DNA from: Flavobacteriales bacterium
GTDB taxonomy: Bacteria > Bacteroidota > Bacteroidia > Flavobacteriales_D > CAJJDF01
DNA: 64,000 nucleotides
Assembly (NCBI GenBank): GCA_020630395.1
Contig: JAHDBM010000011.1
Span: 2,758 to 66,757, forward strand
Direction: 5' to 3'
In this document: piece after piece, positions 51,010-59,848 of the stretch
Numbering within the stretch: the stretch's first letter is position 1
Layout of the letters: each line of letters starts with the position of its first letter
Position numbers and translations under genes: made by a program
Notes under the pieces: model-generated
Databases searched by the model: none
What the model was told of the DNA's origin: nothing
What the model saw: only the letters and a program-made list of their open reading frames with translations

Positions 51010-53046
51010 ATGAATAAACTATTACTTTTGAGTGTTTTTTTGGGTTTTATAATAAACTCTTCCTCACAAAATATATTAGTGATGGACTACAATACTGGCT
51101 GGACAACAGACCAAGGTATTGGGAGTACTATATTTAATTACCTTAATGGCAGTAGACCAACTGTTACTAGAATAAATACTTTACCTGCTTCTTTTCCATT
51201 AACTCACGATCAAGTATGGGTTTTTGGAGATCCTGGTACAAATTCTGCAGCTAACTTAGCTCCATATCTAAATTATATAAATGCTGGTGGTGCAGTATTT
51301 TTTCAATCTGAAGTTACATGTTGTAACAACCAAGCTGCTTTTGTTGAGTCACTTATTCAACAATTAGTTATTGGAGGAGCTGCATACACTCATAATAATA
51401 CCATTAGTGGTAATTTTGATTATTCATCTGCCCCAGGAACTACCTGTACTCCATTTACAGCATCTGGAGCTGCTCTTAGACCTTACAATGGTGTACCCGC
51501 ACAAAATGTTTTATTTCCCATAACAAACACCTGTACTCAACCTCTATACAATGTTGGTATGGCTGCTGGAGTTATGTTTGCTAGTTGTGATATGATTAGT
51601 GGTAATGGAGCTCTCGTATCAATTGGTGATTATAATATGCTAGGTGTTGCTGGATCATGTACCTTAGGAACAAGAGGTGGAAGTGGTGCCGCTGGGTTGG
51701 TCACTAATACTATTGATTTAATTGCCGATATATTTCCCAATCTGTTAAATTGTCAATATGCTACAGATACATTGGACATTGGTAATGATACTGTTTTACC
51801 TTGTAATGTCAATAATTTTTTAATCCAATCTAACGTAACAGATCCCTCATATACCTATACTTGGTCTACTGGAGCAACTGGTGTTAGCTCTATAACAGTA
51901 AATACTCCAGGCACGTATTATCTTGATGTACTAACATCTACTGGTTGCCCTTATACTGATACTATTGTAATTACGACTAACAACACAGCTAATACGACTA
52001 TAAACCATGGAATGTGTGCAGGTAACACCTATACTTTTGCTGGACAAACTCTTTCTACTGCAGGAACTTATTACGATACCTTAACTAATCCTAGTGGTTG
52101 CGATACCATTATTACATTAAACCTATCTGTTGTAACTACAACTTATGACACTATAAATCAAGCTATTTGTTTCGGAGACGTATATCAATTTGGTAGTCAA
52201 AATATTAGTACTCCTGGCACGTATCTTGACACCTTAAAAAGCTCAGCTGGATGTGATAGTATTGTTACTACGTTAAATTTAACTGTTATTAATTCAACAC
52301 CAGTTGTTCTAAATCCAGTTATTTGTTTAGGTAGTTCTTATAGTTTTGGCAATCAAAATTTAAATCAAGGAGGAACATACTATGACACCATAGTAAGTTC
52401 ATTAGGGTGCGATAGCTTAACTATCCAACTAAATTTAACAGTTGCTCCACTAATTGAAGAAAACATTAATGCAACTATTTGTGATGGTCAGACATACGCT
52501 TTTGGAAGGCAAGTGTTAACTATGCCTGGTACATATCACGATACTGTGATTACAACTAATGGCTGTGATAGTGCAACCCACTTAACTTTACAAGTTGATC
52601 CATCATATAACCTTACAATTGATACTACAATTTGTGAAGGAGATAGTGCTTATATTATAAATCGATTTTTAAGTACTGCTGGTATTCATACCTATCAGCT
52701 TACTTCGTCACAAGGATGTGATAGTATTGTAAATTATGATGTAACCATAAAAACCGATTGTCATTTATATATATTCTGTGCAAATTCATTTACTCCGGAT
52801 CAAAATGGTGTTAACGAATTTTTTGGACCAGTAATTGATGGAGAAATATTAGAATATGAATTCATGATTTTTAACAGATGGGGAGGATTAATATTTTCAA
52901 CTAAAGACAGAGATGACAGAGGTTGGGACGGCACACATAAAGGGCAGAAAGTTAAAACCGATATTTATGTTTGGGAAATTCGATATAAATCTCCACTAGA
53001 AACAGGACGTAAAATAAAGCACGGAACAGTACAAGTTATGTATTAA
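51010..53046 (+). CDS. Cys-rich repeat surface protein with T9SS type B CTD
   Basis: About five C-G-Y-F...GTY.DT...GCD repeats; NSFTPDQNGVNE...IFNRWG; start moved to ATG 51010. Confidence 0.87.
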   Translation: MNKLLLLSVFLGFIINSSSQNILVMDYNTGWTTDQGIGSTIFNYLNGSRPTVTRINTLPASFPLTHDQVWVFGDPGTNSAANLAPYLNYINAGGAVFFQSEVTCCNNQAAFVESLIQQLVIGGAAYTHNNTISGNFDYSSAPGTTCTPFTASGAALRPYNGVPAQNVLFPITNTCTQPLYNVGMAAGVMFASCDMISGNGALVSIGDYNMLGVAGSCTLGTRGGSGAAGLVTNTIDLIADIFPNLLNCQYATDTLDIGNDTVLPCNVNNFLIQSNVTDPSYTYTWSTGATGVSSITVNTPGTYYLDVLTSTGCPYTDTIVITTNNTANTTINHGMCAGNTYTFAGQTLSTAGTYYDTLTNPSGCDTIITLNLSVVTTTYDTINQAICFGDVYQFGSQNISTPGTYLDTLKSSAGCDSIVTTLNLTVINSTPVVLNPVICLGSSYSFGNQNLNQGGTYYDTIVSSLGCDSLTIQLNLTVAPLIEENINATICDGQTYAFGRQVLTMPGTYHDTVITTNGCDSATHLTLQVDPSYNLTIDTTICEGDSAYIINRFLSTAGIHTYQLTSSQGCDSIVNYDVTIKTDCHLYIFCANSFTPDQNGVNEFFGPVIDGEILEYEFMIFNRWGGLIFSTKDRDDRGWDGTHKGQKVKTDIYVWEIRYKSPLETGRKIKHGTVQVMY

Positions 53047-53086
53047 TAACTTCTGTTATGTTCAAAAGAAAATGTAATTTTATTAC

Positions 53087-53692
53087 ATGAACTTACCTTC
53101 TAAAATTGTTGAAGAAGCTGTTGAAGAATTTGCTTCATTACCCAGTATTGGAAAAAAGAGTGCTTTACGATTTGTACTTCACCTTATCAAACAATCTCCT
53201 CAAGATTTAGAAGATCTTTCTAGGGTAATCTTAAAGCTTAAAAACGATTTGATTTATTGTAGTAATTGCTACAATATTTCCAATGCTACAGTGTGCGAAA
53301 TATGCGCTAACCCTAAAAGAGATCATAGTACAATATGTGTCGTAGAAGATGTTAGAGATATTATGGCAATAGAGAACACCTATCAGTTTAAAGGTGTTTA
53401 TCATGTACTTGGCGGCATTATATCTCCTATGGATGGCATTGGACCAAGTGATTTAAAAATTGAAGAGCTTGTTAATTCTGTTAAAGAAAAAGACATAAAA
53501 GAAATCATCTTTGCCTTAAGCACTACCATGGAAGGTGACACTACAAACTTTTATTTATACAAACGTTTAAAGGAATTTAACCTAAAGGTTACTACACTTT
53601 CTAGAGGAGTAGCTGTTGGTGACGAACTAAGCTATGCGGATGAATTAACTTTGGGTAACTCCATTAAAAACAGAACAGTTTTTGAGATTTAG
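53087..53692 (+). CDS. recR: Recombination mediator RecR
   Basis: LPSIGKKSA, C4 zinc finger, ICVVE, YHVLGG, EGDTT. Confidence 0.97.
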   Translation: MNLPSKIVEEAVEEFASLPSIGKKSALRFVLHLIKQSPQDLEDLSRVILKLKNDLIYCSNCYNISNATVCEICANPKRDHSTICVVEDVRDIMAIENTYQFKGVYHVLGGIISPMDGIGPSDLKIEELVNSVKEKDIKEIIFALSTTMEGDTTNFYLYKRLKEFNLKVTTLSRGVAVGDELSYADELTLGNSIKNRTVFEI

Positions 53693-53696
53693 TTTT

Positions 53697-54302
53697 ATGA
53701 GATCACTTGCTTTTATATTAATAATCATAACTCTTATCTTTTCCTGCAATAATAAAGATATAACTCAACCTCATGACAATGATGCTGATATATTAGACAA
53801 AAAAGATATTAATAATGAAGATGACATTCTATCTATAGATGATTTGTTGATGGATTCTGTTGAAATATCTAAAGAGTGGAAAAATTTAGACTATGATGAA
53901 TGTATTATATATTTCACAGAAAATTTTTATGGAAAAAGTTACCTTGTTGATGAAAAAACATATAAAATAAAAAATGATATTACTGTTTATCTAAAGAAAA
54001 AGATTGATCCAAAAGATTCAAAGTTTATAATTCAAAATATATTTTTAAATAAAATTGAATTTGAAATCCTTGATTGTGTATTTCAGCCTAGACATGCAGT
54101 AGTATTTTATAAGAACAGTGTTCCAATAGCCCAATCATCAATTTGTTTAACCTGCAAACAGTATAACTCTATTCCTGAATCTGGTATGAACTATAAAGAA
54201 TTCATTAAGATTTTGAATAGATACGAAATACCTTCAAACGGAAGTGAAATGATAGATTTTTATAAAAAAAATAACATTACACCATCTCCTGAACCATTTT
54301 AA
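53697..54302 (+). CDS. Hypothetical lipoprotein
   Basis: IFSC lipobox; CVFQPRHAVVFY and ICLTC motifs; start moved to ATG 53697. Confidence 0.65.
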   Translation: MRSLAFILIIITLIFSCNNKDITQPHDNDADILDKKDINNEDDILSIDDLLMDSVEISKEWKNLDYDECIIYFTENFYGKSYLVDEKTYKIKNDITVYLKKKIDPKDSKFIIQNIFLNKIEFEILDCVFQPRHAVVFYKNSVPIAQSSICLTCKQYNSIPESGMNYKEFIKILNRYEIPSNGSEMIDFYKKNNITPSPEPF

Positions 54303-55479
54303 CAATCTTCTCTCCTATCGCTAATCCAGCAGTTGCAGCTGGCGAAGGTGCATTTAATACATGAATGCTGTTTTGAGAATATTCAATTCTAAAATCATCT
54401 CTAGTTTCTCCATTTAAACCTAATAATTGAGCTCTAACTCCCGATCTACCTTTTTCTATGTCATCCATAGTCAAAGAAGGAATCATTCTTTGTAATGTTT
54501 TAAGGAATAATTTCTTGGAAAACCCTCTTCTATACTCCATCCAAGCATAGCCCATATTACCGCATAACAATTTCCATGTCCCTTTATAAGACAATGCATT
54601 TGCTGTATCCTTTAAACTAAAAGCTGTTCTGCTATACCCTTCTCTTTTAAATGAAAACACTGCATTTGGACCACATTCTATATCTCCATTTGTCATACGG
54701 GTAAAGTGAACGCCTAAAAAGGGAAAATCTGGATTGGGAACAGGATATATTAAATGCTGTACTTTATGCTTTGCTTGTTCGGTTAGCTCATAATAATCTC
54801 CTCTAAATGGCACTACTTTTTCTTTCAATTTAACCTCATCAAGTTTGGCTAAACGATCTGCCTGTAAACCACCACAAAATATAAGTTTTTTTGCTTTATA
54901 GCCTTCTCCATTTGCATATATAGTATTGTACTCTTCCCCCTTCTCTACTCGATCTACTTTACTATTTAATTTTAACTCAACAGGTACTGTATCCTCTGTA
55001 ACCAATTTTGCTAACGTATTAACAACAGCAGGGTAATCAATTATACCTGTACAAGGAACATGGATACCAGCAACAGCTTCTACAAAAGGTTCTATATCTT
55101 TTATTTCTTCTTTGGTAACTTTTGCGATTCCTTCAATCTTATTTTGCAACCCATTGTTAAATATACGATCCATGTGCTGTAACTCACTTTCATTAGTTGC
55201 AACAATTACTTTACCACAAATATCATGAGGCACATTGTATTTTTTAGCAAAAGCAACAAGCTCATGTCTGCCTTCAAAGCAGTTTTCAGCCTTTAAAGAA
55301 CCAGGTGTATAATACAATCCACTATGAATTACACCTGAGTTATGTCCTGTTTGGTGTGCAGAAAGCTCTTGTTCTTTTTCAAAAAGAATAATGTTTGCTT
55401 CTGGGAATTTTAACTTTAACTTATAAGCTGTTGACATTCCTACTATACCTCCTCCTATTACCGCAAAATCGTATATCAA
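54277..55479 (-). CDS. lhgO: L-2-hydroxyglutarate oxidase
   Basis: GGGIVG, HQTGHNSGVIHSGLYY, PFLGVHFT, GVRAQ, NAPSPAAT; TTG start. Confidence 0.93.
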   Translation of the reverse strand: MIYDFAVIGGGIVGMSTAYKLKLKFPEANIILFEKEQELSAHQTGHNSGVIHSGLYYTPGSLKAENCFEGRHELVAFAKKYNVPHDICGKVIVATNESELQHMDRIFNNGLQNKIEGIAKVTKEEIKDIEPFVEAVAGIHVPCTGIIDYPAVVNTLAKLVTEDTVPVELKLNSKVDRVEKGEEYNTIYANGEGYKAKKLIFCGGLQADRLAKLDEVKLKEKVVPFRGDYYELTEQAKHKVQHLIYPVPNPDFPFLGVHFTRMTNGDIECGPNAVFSFKREGYSRTAFSLKDTANALSYKGTWKLLCGNMGYAWMEYRRGFSKKLFLKTLQRMIPSLTMDDIEKGRSGVRAQLLGLNGETRDDFRIEYSQNSIHVLNAPSPAATAGLAIGEKIVKMVQEMV

Positions 55480-55480
55480 A

Positions 55481-57310
55481 TTATTTTTTTATGATTCTTA
55501 AAGATGATATTTCATCATCTAAAACTAAACTAATAATATAAATACCATTATCAAAAGATGATAAATCATAATTTATATTATTTTGCCCATCTAAGCTCAT
55601 AGATTTATTCTCAATAAGATTACCCGATATAGCATAAATATTAATACTTACTTCTCCTTTAACACGTTTATTAAGTTTAACAGTAACCATATCATTAACT
55701 GGATTAGGATATGCTGTTAGAGCTAATTTAACCTCATCCTCTAAACTAAGCTCTTGTTCTTTTTCATTTTTAACACCTACATTATTTTGATTTACTTTAA
55801 ATAACATAGATCTATTTCTAGGTAGCGTAGCATTATCACATGTATAACAAGATGCATCTATTATATCTTCTATATTTTTAGCTGGCAACTTCGTGTAAAT
55901 ATTGATAGGTAGTGACGTTAAAAAGTTTGGAATAGAGGTTAGGTAACAACTTTGCCCACCATTTTGAGATCCAGAAAAATTACTGTTTTTGTTATTACCC
56001 GTCCAGGTTCCACATTTATCACCTACATTATACCTCCCTGATCTGCATCCACTTCCATTACCTCTACACTTGTAATTTTGCTTAATGTTGTGATGTTTTG
56101 CTCTAATATCATATCTGCTGTAAAATATCCTTTTGTTTACTTTGTTCAAAATAAAGATTTGAGACTCATTTTGACAGCTCTTCCCCTTGTCTTCTAACTC
56201 TATTTTTGTTTCTGACACATTCCTGTAAAAAGTATTTTCCGAACCATTTTCTCCATGAACGGCATCTACAGCAATTTTATCCTCACATAAATTCCCTTCT
56301 ATTAAATTTTTAGCATTTTTTCCTTTGCCATGTAGCGTTATATTCCATGGATGGTTTTGAACTAATCCAAAGTTTTTTGCTTTACCATCATAACAATAAT
56401 TGTAAGCAACAACATTGTAGTCACTTTTCTTTAAGTTATTAGATGTGTTGTTTGAACTACCTTGAATAACCACATTATGTCTTGCCATACCTAACTTATT
56501 GTTTTCAATTAAATTATAATCACTTTGGCTAATCAAAACAGAATATCCTTGTGTTCCTCCTTTGTTAGTTGAGCCAAATCTTGTACCTCCAATCGTCCAA
56601 TGGTCATAAAAAAAGCAATTTTTAACTTCGTTATGCCCTTTTTTATTAATCATTACTGTTGAACCATATCCTCTGTGTACTCGAACACCATTAACCCAAG
56701 AATTTTCTGTGTCGTTAAATGAAATGATCGATCTGTTTTTAAACTTTCCATTATAATCTTTGTTATGTCTGTATTTTTTAGGAAAAGCATTACGCGTATC
56801 AATACTTAAACAATTTACACCTACATTTTTTCTTTCTTTGGCAGTTATAAAAGTTGCAGCTCCACTGTAAATAGAAGTAGAAATATTGGTAATGATAAAG
56901 TTCGTTTTATTAGCGCCCTCACCACTCAATACAATATTGTTTTTAGAAATAATTATTTTATCAGCCTTATCAAAATAATAAGTTGCTTCTTGAAAATATA
57001 TAATATTTAAACTGTTACCACTTCTGGTAGAGATTAAATTATTTAATCTTGATACATCTACTTTCCAACCGTCTTTATAAGGACTAACTATACCCCTTTC
57101 TTTATGAACGTTAATACAATTAATTGAATTTGGTAATTTATTATCATCTATACCAGCAGTTTGCCAATTATTCGTTAAACTTGTTGAGATTAAACTAGAT
57201 GATGGTCTAATAATTTGTGAATAAACAGCATTACAATTATAACCCGATATATCAGTTAAGATTAATTGAAATAACAATAAAATTAAATAAGAAAATAGTA
57301 CTTTATACAT
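55481..57310 (-). CDS. T9SS type A protein with right-handed beta-helix (pectin-lyase-like) domain
   Basis: NIVLSGEG, NSWV, NLIENN..ARH, NVVAYNY, NLIEGN; AYPNP...NGIYII. Confidence 0.8.
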   Translation of the reverse strand: MYKVLFSYLILLLFQLILTDISGYNCNAVYSQIIRPSSSLISTSLTNNWQTAGIDDNKLPNSINCINVHKERGIVSPYKDGWKVDVSRLNNLISTRSGNSLNIIYFQEATYYFDKADKIIISKNNIVLSGEGANKTNFIITNISTSIYSGAATFITAKERKNVGVNCLSIDTRNAFPKKYRHNKDYNGKFKNRSIISFNDTENSWVNGVRVHRGYGSTVMINKKGHNEVKNCFFYDHWTIGGTRFGSTNKGGTQGYSVLISQSDYNLIENNKLGMARHNVVIQGSSNNTSNNLKKSDYNVVAYNYCYDGKAKNFGLVQNHPWNITLHGKGKNAKNLIEGNLCEDKIAVDAVHGENGSENTFYRNVSETKIELEDKGKSCQNESQIFILNKVNKRIFYSRYDIRAKHHNIKQNYKCRGNGSGCRSGRYNVGDKCGTWTGNNKNSNFSGSQNGGQSCYLTSIPNFLTSLPINIYTKLPAKNIEDIIDASCYTCDNATLPRNRSMLFKVNQNNVGVKNEKEQELSLEDEVKLALTAYPNPVNDMVTVKLNKRVKGEVSINIYAISGNLIENKSMSLDGQNNINYDLSSFDNGIYIISLVLDDEISSLRIIKK

Positions 57311-57399
57311 AATACGTGTTTTAAAAAAATTATATAATGTTAAAAATAAAACAAAAATGTTACATTATATATCTATTTGCATTAACTTAAAGTTAAATA

Positions 57400-57801
57400 A
57401 TGAATTTCACTACCGACATAAAAGTAAGAGGATACCATATAGACGTATTTGGTCATGTAAACAATGCTAGGTATTTAGAATTAATGGAAGAAGCTAGATG
57501 GAGATATATTGATCGTACTAACTTTACTGCTCTACTAAAAAAAAATAATTGGGGGTTTGCAGTTGTTAATGTTAACATCAATTACAAAAGAGGTGCATAC
57601 ATAGATGAAATACTTACCATTGGAGTAAAAGTTGAACGAATGGGTAACTCTAGTATGACTGTAAAACAACATATTCTCTTAAAAGATACTGAGACATTAG
57701 TTGCTGATGCTGATGTTACCTTTGTAGTACTCGATTTAGCTAGAATGAAACCGGTAAGAATAACTGATGAGCTAAAAGAGGCATTTTTAGCTATTAACTA
57801 A
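57400..57801 (+). CDS. Acyl-CoA thioesterase (YbgC/FadM hot-dog family)
   Basis: VRGYHIDVFGHVNNARYLELMEEAR. Confidence 0.92.
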   Translation: MNFTTDIKVRGYHIDVFGHVNNARYLELMEEARWRYIDRTNFTALLKKNNWGFAVVNVNINYKRGAYIDEILTIGVKVERMGNSSMTVKQHILLKDTETLVADADVTFVVLDLARMKPVRITDELKEAFLAIN

Positions 57802-57804
57802 ATT

Positions 57805-58419
57805 ATGGGAAGAAAAGCTACAGACAAAAAAAGATACCAAAGCGAAAAAGCCAAAGAAAAACTGGTAATAAAAGCTATGGTATATTTTCAAAACAATGGA
57901 ACTGGAGCTACCATGAGTAAAATGGCTAAAGATTTAGCTATGAGTAAAACGACCATCTATAATCATTTTAAAACAAAAGACGATCTAGTACATGAAGCTA
58001 TAAAGTTTAAGCTTAGTATTATTAATGACTACGAATCGGTAATAGAAAATAAAACGCTTCCTTATATAGAACGTTATAGAAAATCTATGCTATTTTTTTG
58101 TGTGCAAGTATTTGATGCCTCTGCTACTTTTTTAAATGATATTGAACGTGATTTTCCTAAAACCTGGAAACTTATTGAACGATTTCAGTTGAAAGTCTTC
58201 TTAAATCTTACTAAGTATTACAAAGAAGGAATAAAAAAAGAAATCTTTAAAGAAGCATCTGCCGAATTATTAACCATGAACGACCAATATTTCTTTGCCT
58301 TTTTATCCTCTCAAGATTTTCTTAAAAAAAATGATATTGGAGTGCTAGATGCTTTTAAACAGCATTATCAATCTAAGTTTTTTGGAATTCTAAATCCTGA
58401 AAAAGAGCGCTCTTTCTAG
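57805..58419 (+). CDS. TetR/AcrR family transcriptional regulator
   Basis: TMSKMAKDLAMSKTTIYNHFKTKDDL HTH. Confidence 0.92.
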   Translation: MGRKATDKKRYQSEKAKEKLVIKAMVYFQNNGTGATMSKMAKDLAMSKTTIYNHFKTKDDLVHEAIKFKLSIINDYESVIENKTLPYIERYRKSMLFFCVQVFDASATFLNDIERDFPKTWKLIERFQLKVFLNLTKYYKEGIKKEIFKEASAELLTMNDQYFFAFLSSQDFLKKNDIGVLDAFKQHYQSKFFGILNPEKERSF

Positions 58420-58513
58420 TTTTTTTGGACTAATTTTTCCTTCATAGTTCACTTAAGCACAACAATAAAAAAATGTAAACAACTGTTTTTCAAATATATA
58501 AACCTAATTTTGA

Positions 58514-58543
58514 TTGAGCAAGTAAAATCTTGCCGTACATTTG
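58514..58543 (+). promoter_or_regulatory. Promoter TTG-N19-TACATTTG with inverted repeat GCAAG-N6-CTTGC in the spacer
   Basis: TTG 58514-58516, TACATTTG 58536-58543, palindrome 58518-58533. Confidence 0.65.
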
Positions 58544-58578
58544 GTTCAGCAAATAAGAACAAATATTTACTAAACAAG

Positions 58579-59001
58579 ATGGAAAAATTAAAAAACTTTA
58601 TTTACGCAGGGATTGGCTTAGCTAGTACAACTGCAGATAATATTAAAGAAACAGTTAACGATTTAGTTGAAAAAGGTAAAATTTCTGATACTGAAGGAAA
58701 AAAAATAGTAGACGACTTTTTTAAATCAACTACTGAAATGAGAGGTGATTTTGAAGAAAGGTTAAAAAGTTTTTCGAGTGAATTAACTGAAAAATTCGAA
58801 TTCTTAAAAAAGAAAAACACTGAAGTTGATTCTCTAGAAGCTAAAATTGAAGAGTTAGAAGCTAAATTAAAAGAAGCTAACGCTAAAAAAACAACAGCTA
58901 AAAAGACTACTACTCGTAAAACTACTACGGCTAGAAAAACTACAGCTAAAAAAACAACAACTAGAAAACCTGCTGCTAAGAAAACTGCAGCTGCTAAATA
59001 A
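58579..59001 (+). CDS. Phasin-like protein with coiled coil and histone-H1-like K/T/A tail (PhaF-like)
   Basis: YAGIGLA...LVEKGKI...EGKKIVDD; LEAKIEELEAKL; KKTTAKKTTTRK...KPAAKK; start moved to ATG 58579. Confidence 0.75.
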   Translation: MEKLKNFIYAGIGLASTTADNIKETVNDLVEKGKISDTEGKKIVDDFFKSTTEMRGDFEERLKSFSSELTEKFEFLKKKNTEVDSLEAKIEELEAKLKEANAKKTTAKKTTTRKTTTARKTTAKKTTTRKPAAKKTAAAK

Positions 59002-59027
59002 TAACATAACCACTTAAAAATAACAAC

Positions 59028-59291
59028 ATGGAAACGATCAAAAACATAGTATACGCAGGATTTGGAATTGCTAACGAAGTTAAAGCTAAAGCTGAAGAAA
59101 AATATAATAGCTTAGTTGAGGCTGGTAAAAAATATGACGAGCAAGATGGTAAGCATAAAGTAACTGATTTCTTCAAAACTATCGAAGAAACTACTGATAA
59201 GTATGCTCCTAAATTAGACGAATTAAAAGCTAAATTAGAAAATCTTAAGCCAGATTTCTTAAAAAAGAACGAAGTAGAAGTTGAGAAATAA
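59028..59291 (+). CDS. Phasin-like protein (PhaI-like), paralog of upstream gene
   Basis: YAGFGIA...LVEAGK...VTDFFK. Confidence 0.7.
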   Translation: METIKNIVYAGFGIANEVKAKAEEKYNSLVEAGKKYDEQDGKHKVTDFFKTIEETTDKYAPKLDELKAKLENLKPDFLKKNEVEVEK

Positions 59292-59315
59292 ATCGTAAGA
59301 TTTATTGTTTATACC

Positions 59316-59347
59316 AAAAAGACCAAGCTATGCTTGGTCTTTTTTTT
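59316..59347 (+). terminator. Intrinsic terminator
   Basis: AAAAAGACCAAGC-TAT-GCTTGGTCTTTTTTTT. Confidence 0.92.
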
Positions 59348-59442
59348 GTATATTTAATTAAATGTAAGCATTCCATAATCTAGTATTAAATAGCTATTAT
59401 TTAATACTACTGTGAGTAAAATTTAATGCTAATTAATATTTT

Positions 59443-59778
59443 ATGAGAACTACACTTACTGGTAAAGTTGACTTTTTAAACTATTTAAGTCTTACTAAAA
59501 AAACTAAACCATTTTATGTCAAGGCTTATTATAAGCCTACTGATATTTCAATAGCGGACTATAAAAAACTATCGATACTCGAATTATCATTTGACAACTA
59601 TAATAAACTAGATGTTCTTCACAATAAATTTACAACCGAACTTTTTCTAGGTGATATAAATCTAGGTGGTCACGGAGCTAAATGCCGCATTGTAAAAATT
59701 AAACTAGCCGATCTACTTGAGAAACCCAAATCTATTCTGGATTGGTATGCTAATTATGCTGAAAAAATTTGGTTATAA
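59443..59778 (+). CDS. Hypothetical protein
   Basis: 111-aa ATG ORF filling the gap; no motif recognised. Confidence 0.55.
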   Translation: MRTTLTGKVDFLNYLSLTKKTKPFYVKAYYKPTDISIADYKKLSILELSFDNYNKLDVLHNKFTTELFLGDINLGGHGAKCRIVKIKLADLLEKPKSILDWYANYAEKIWL

Positions 59779-59786
59779 AAGCAAAA

Positions 59787-59823
59787 TCTCTACTCCCGAA
59801 ACAATCACGGAACAGAGTAGAGA
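59787..59823. terminator. Hairpin between convergent genes
   Basis: TCTCTACTC/GAGTAGAGA stem with inner CCG/CGG pairs. Confidence 0.5.
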
Positions 59824-59848
59824 AATTACTTGATCACTTATATATTAA

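Noticed and set aside
54277-54302. Convergent 26-bp 3' overlap as antisense regulation
   Set aside because: Short convergent overlaps are common in compact AT-rich genomes
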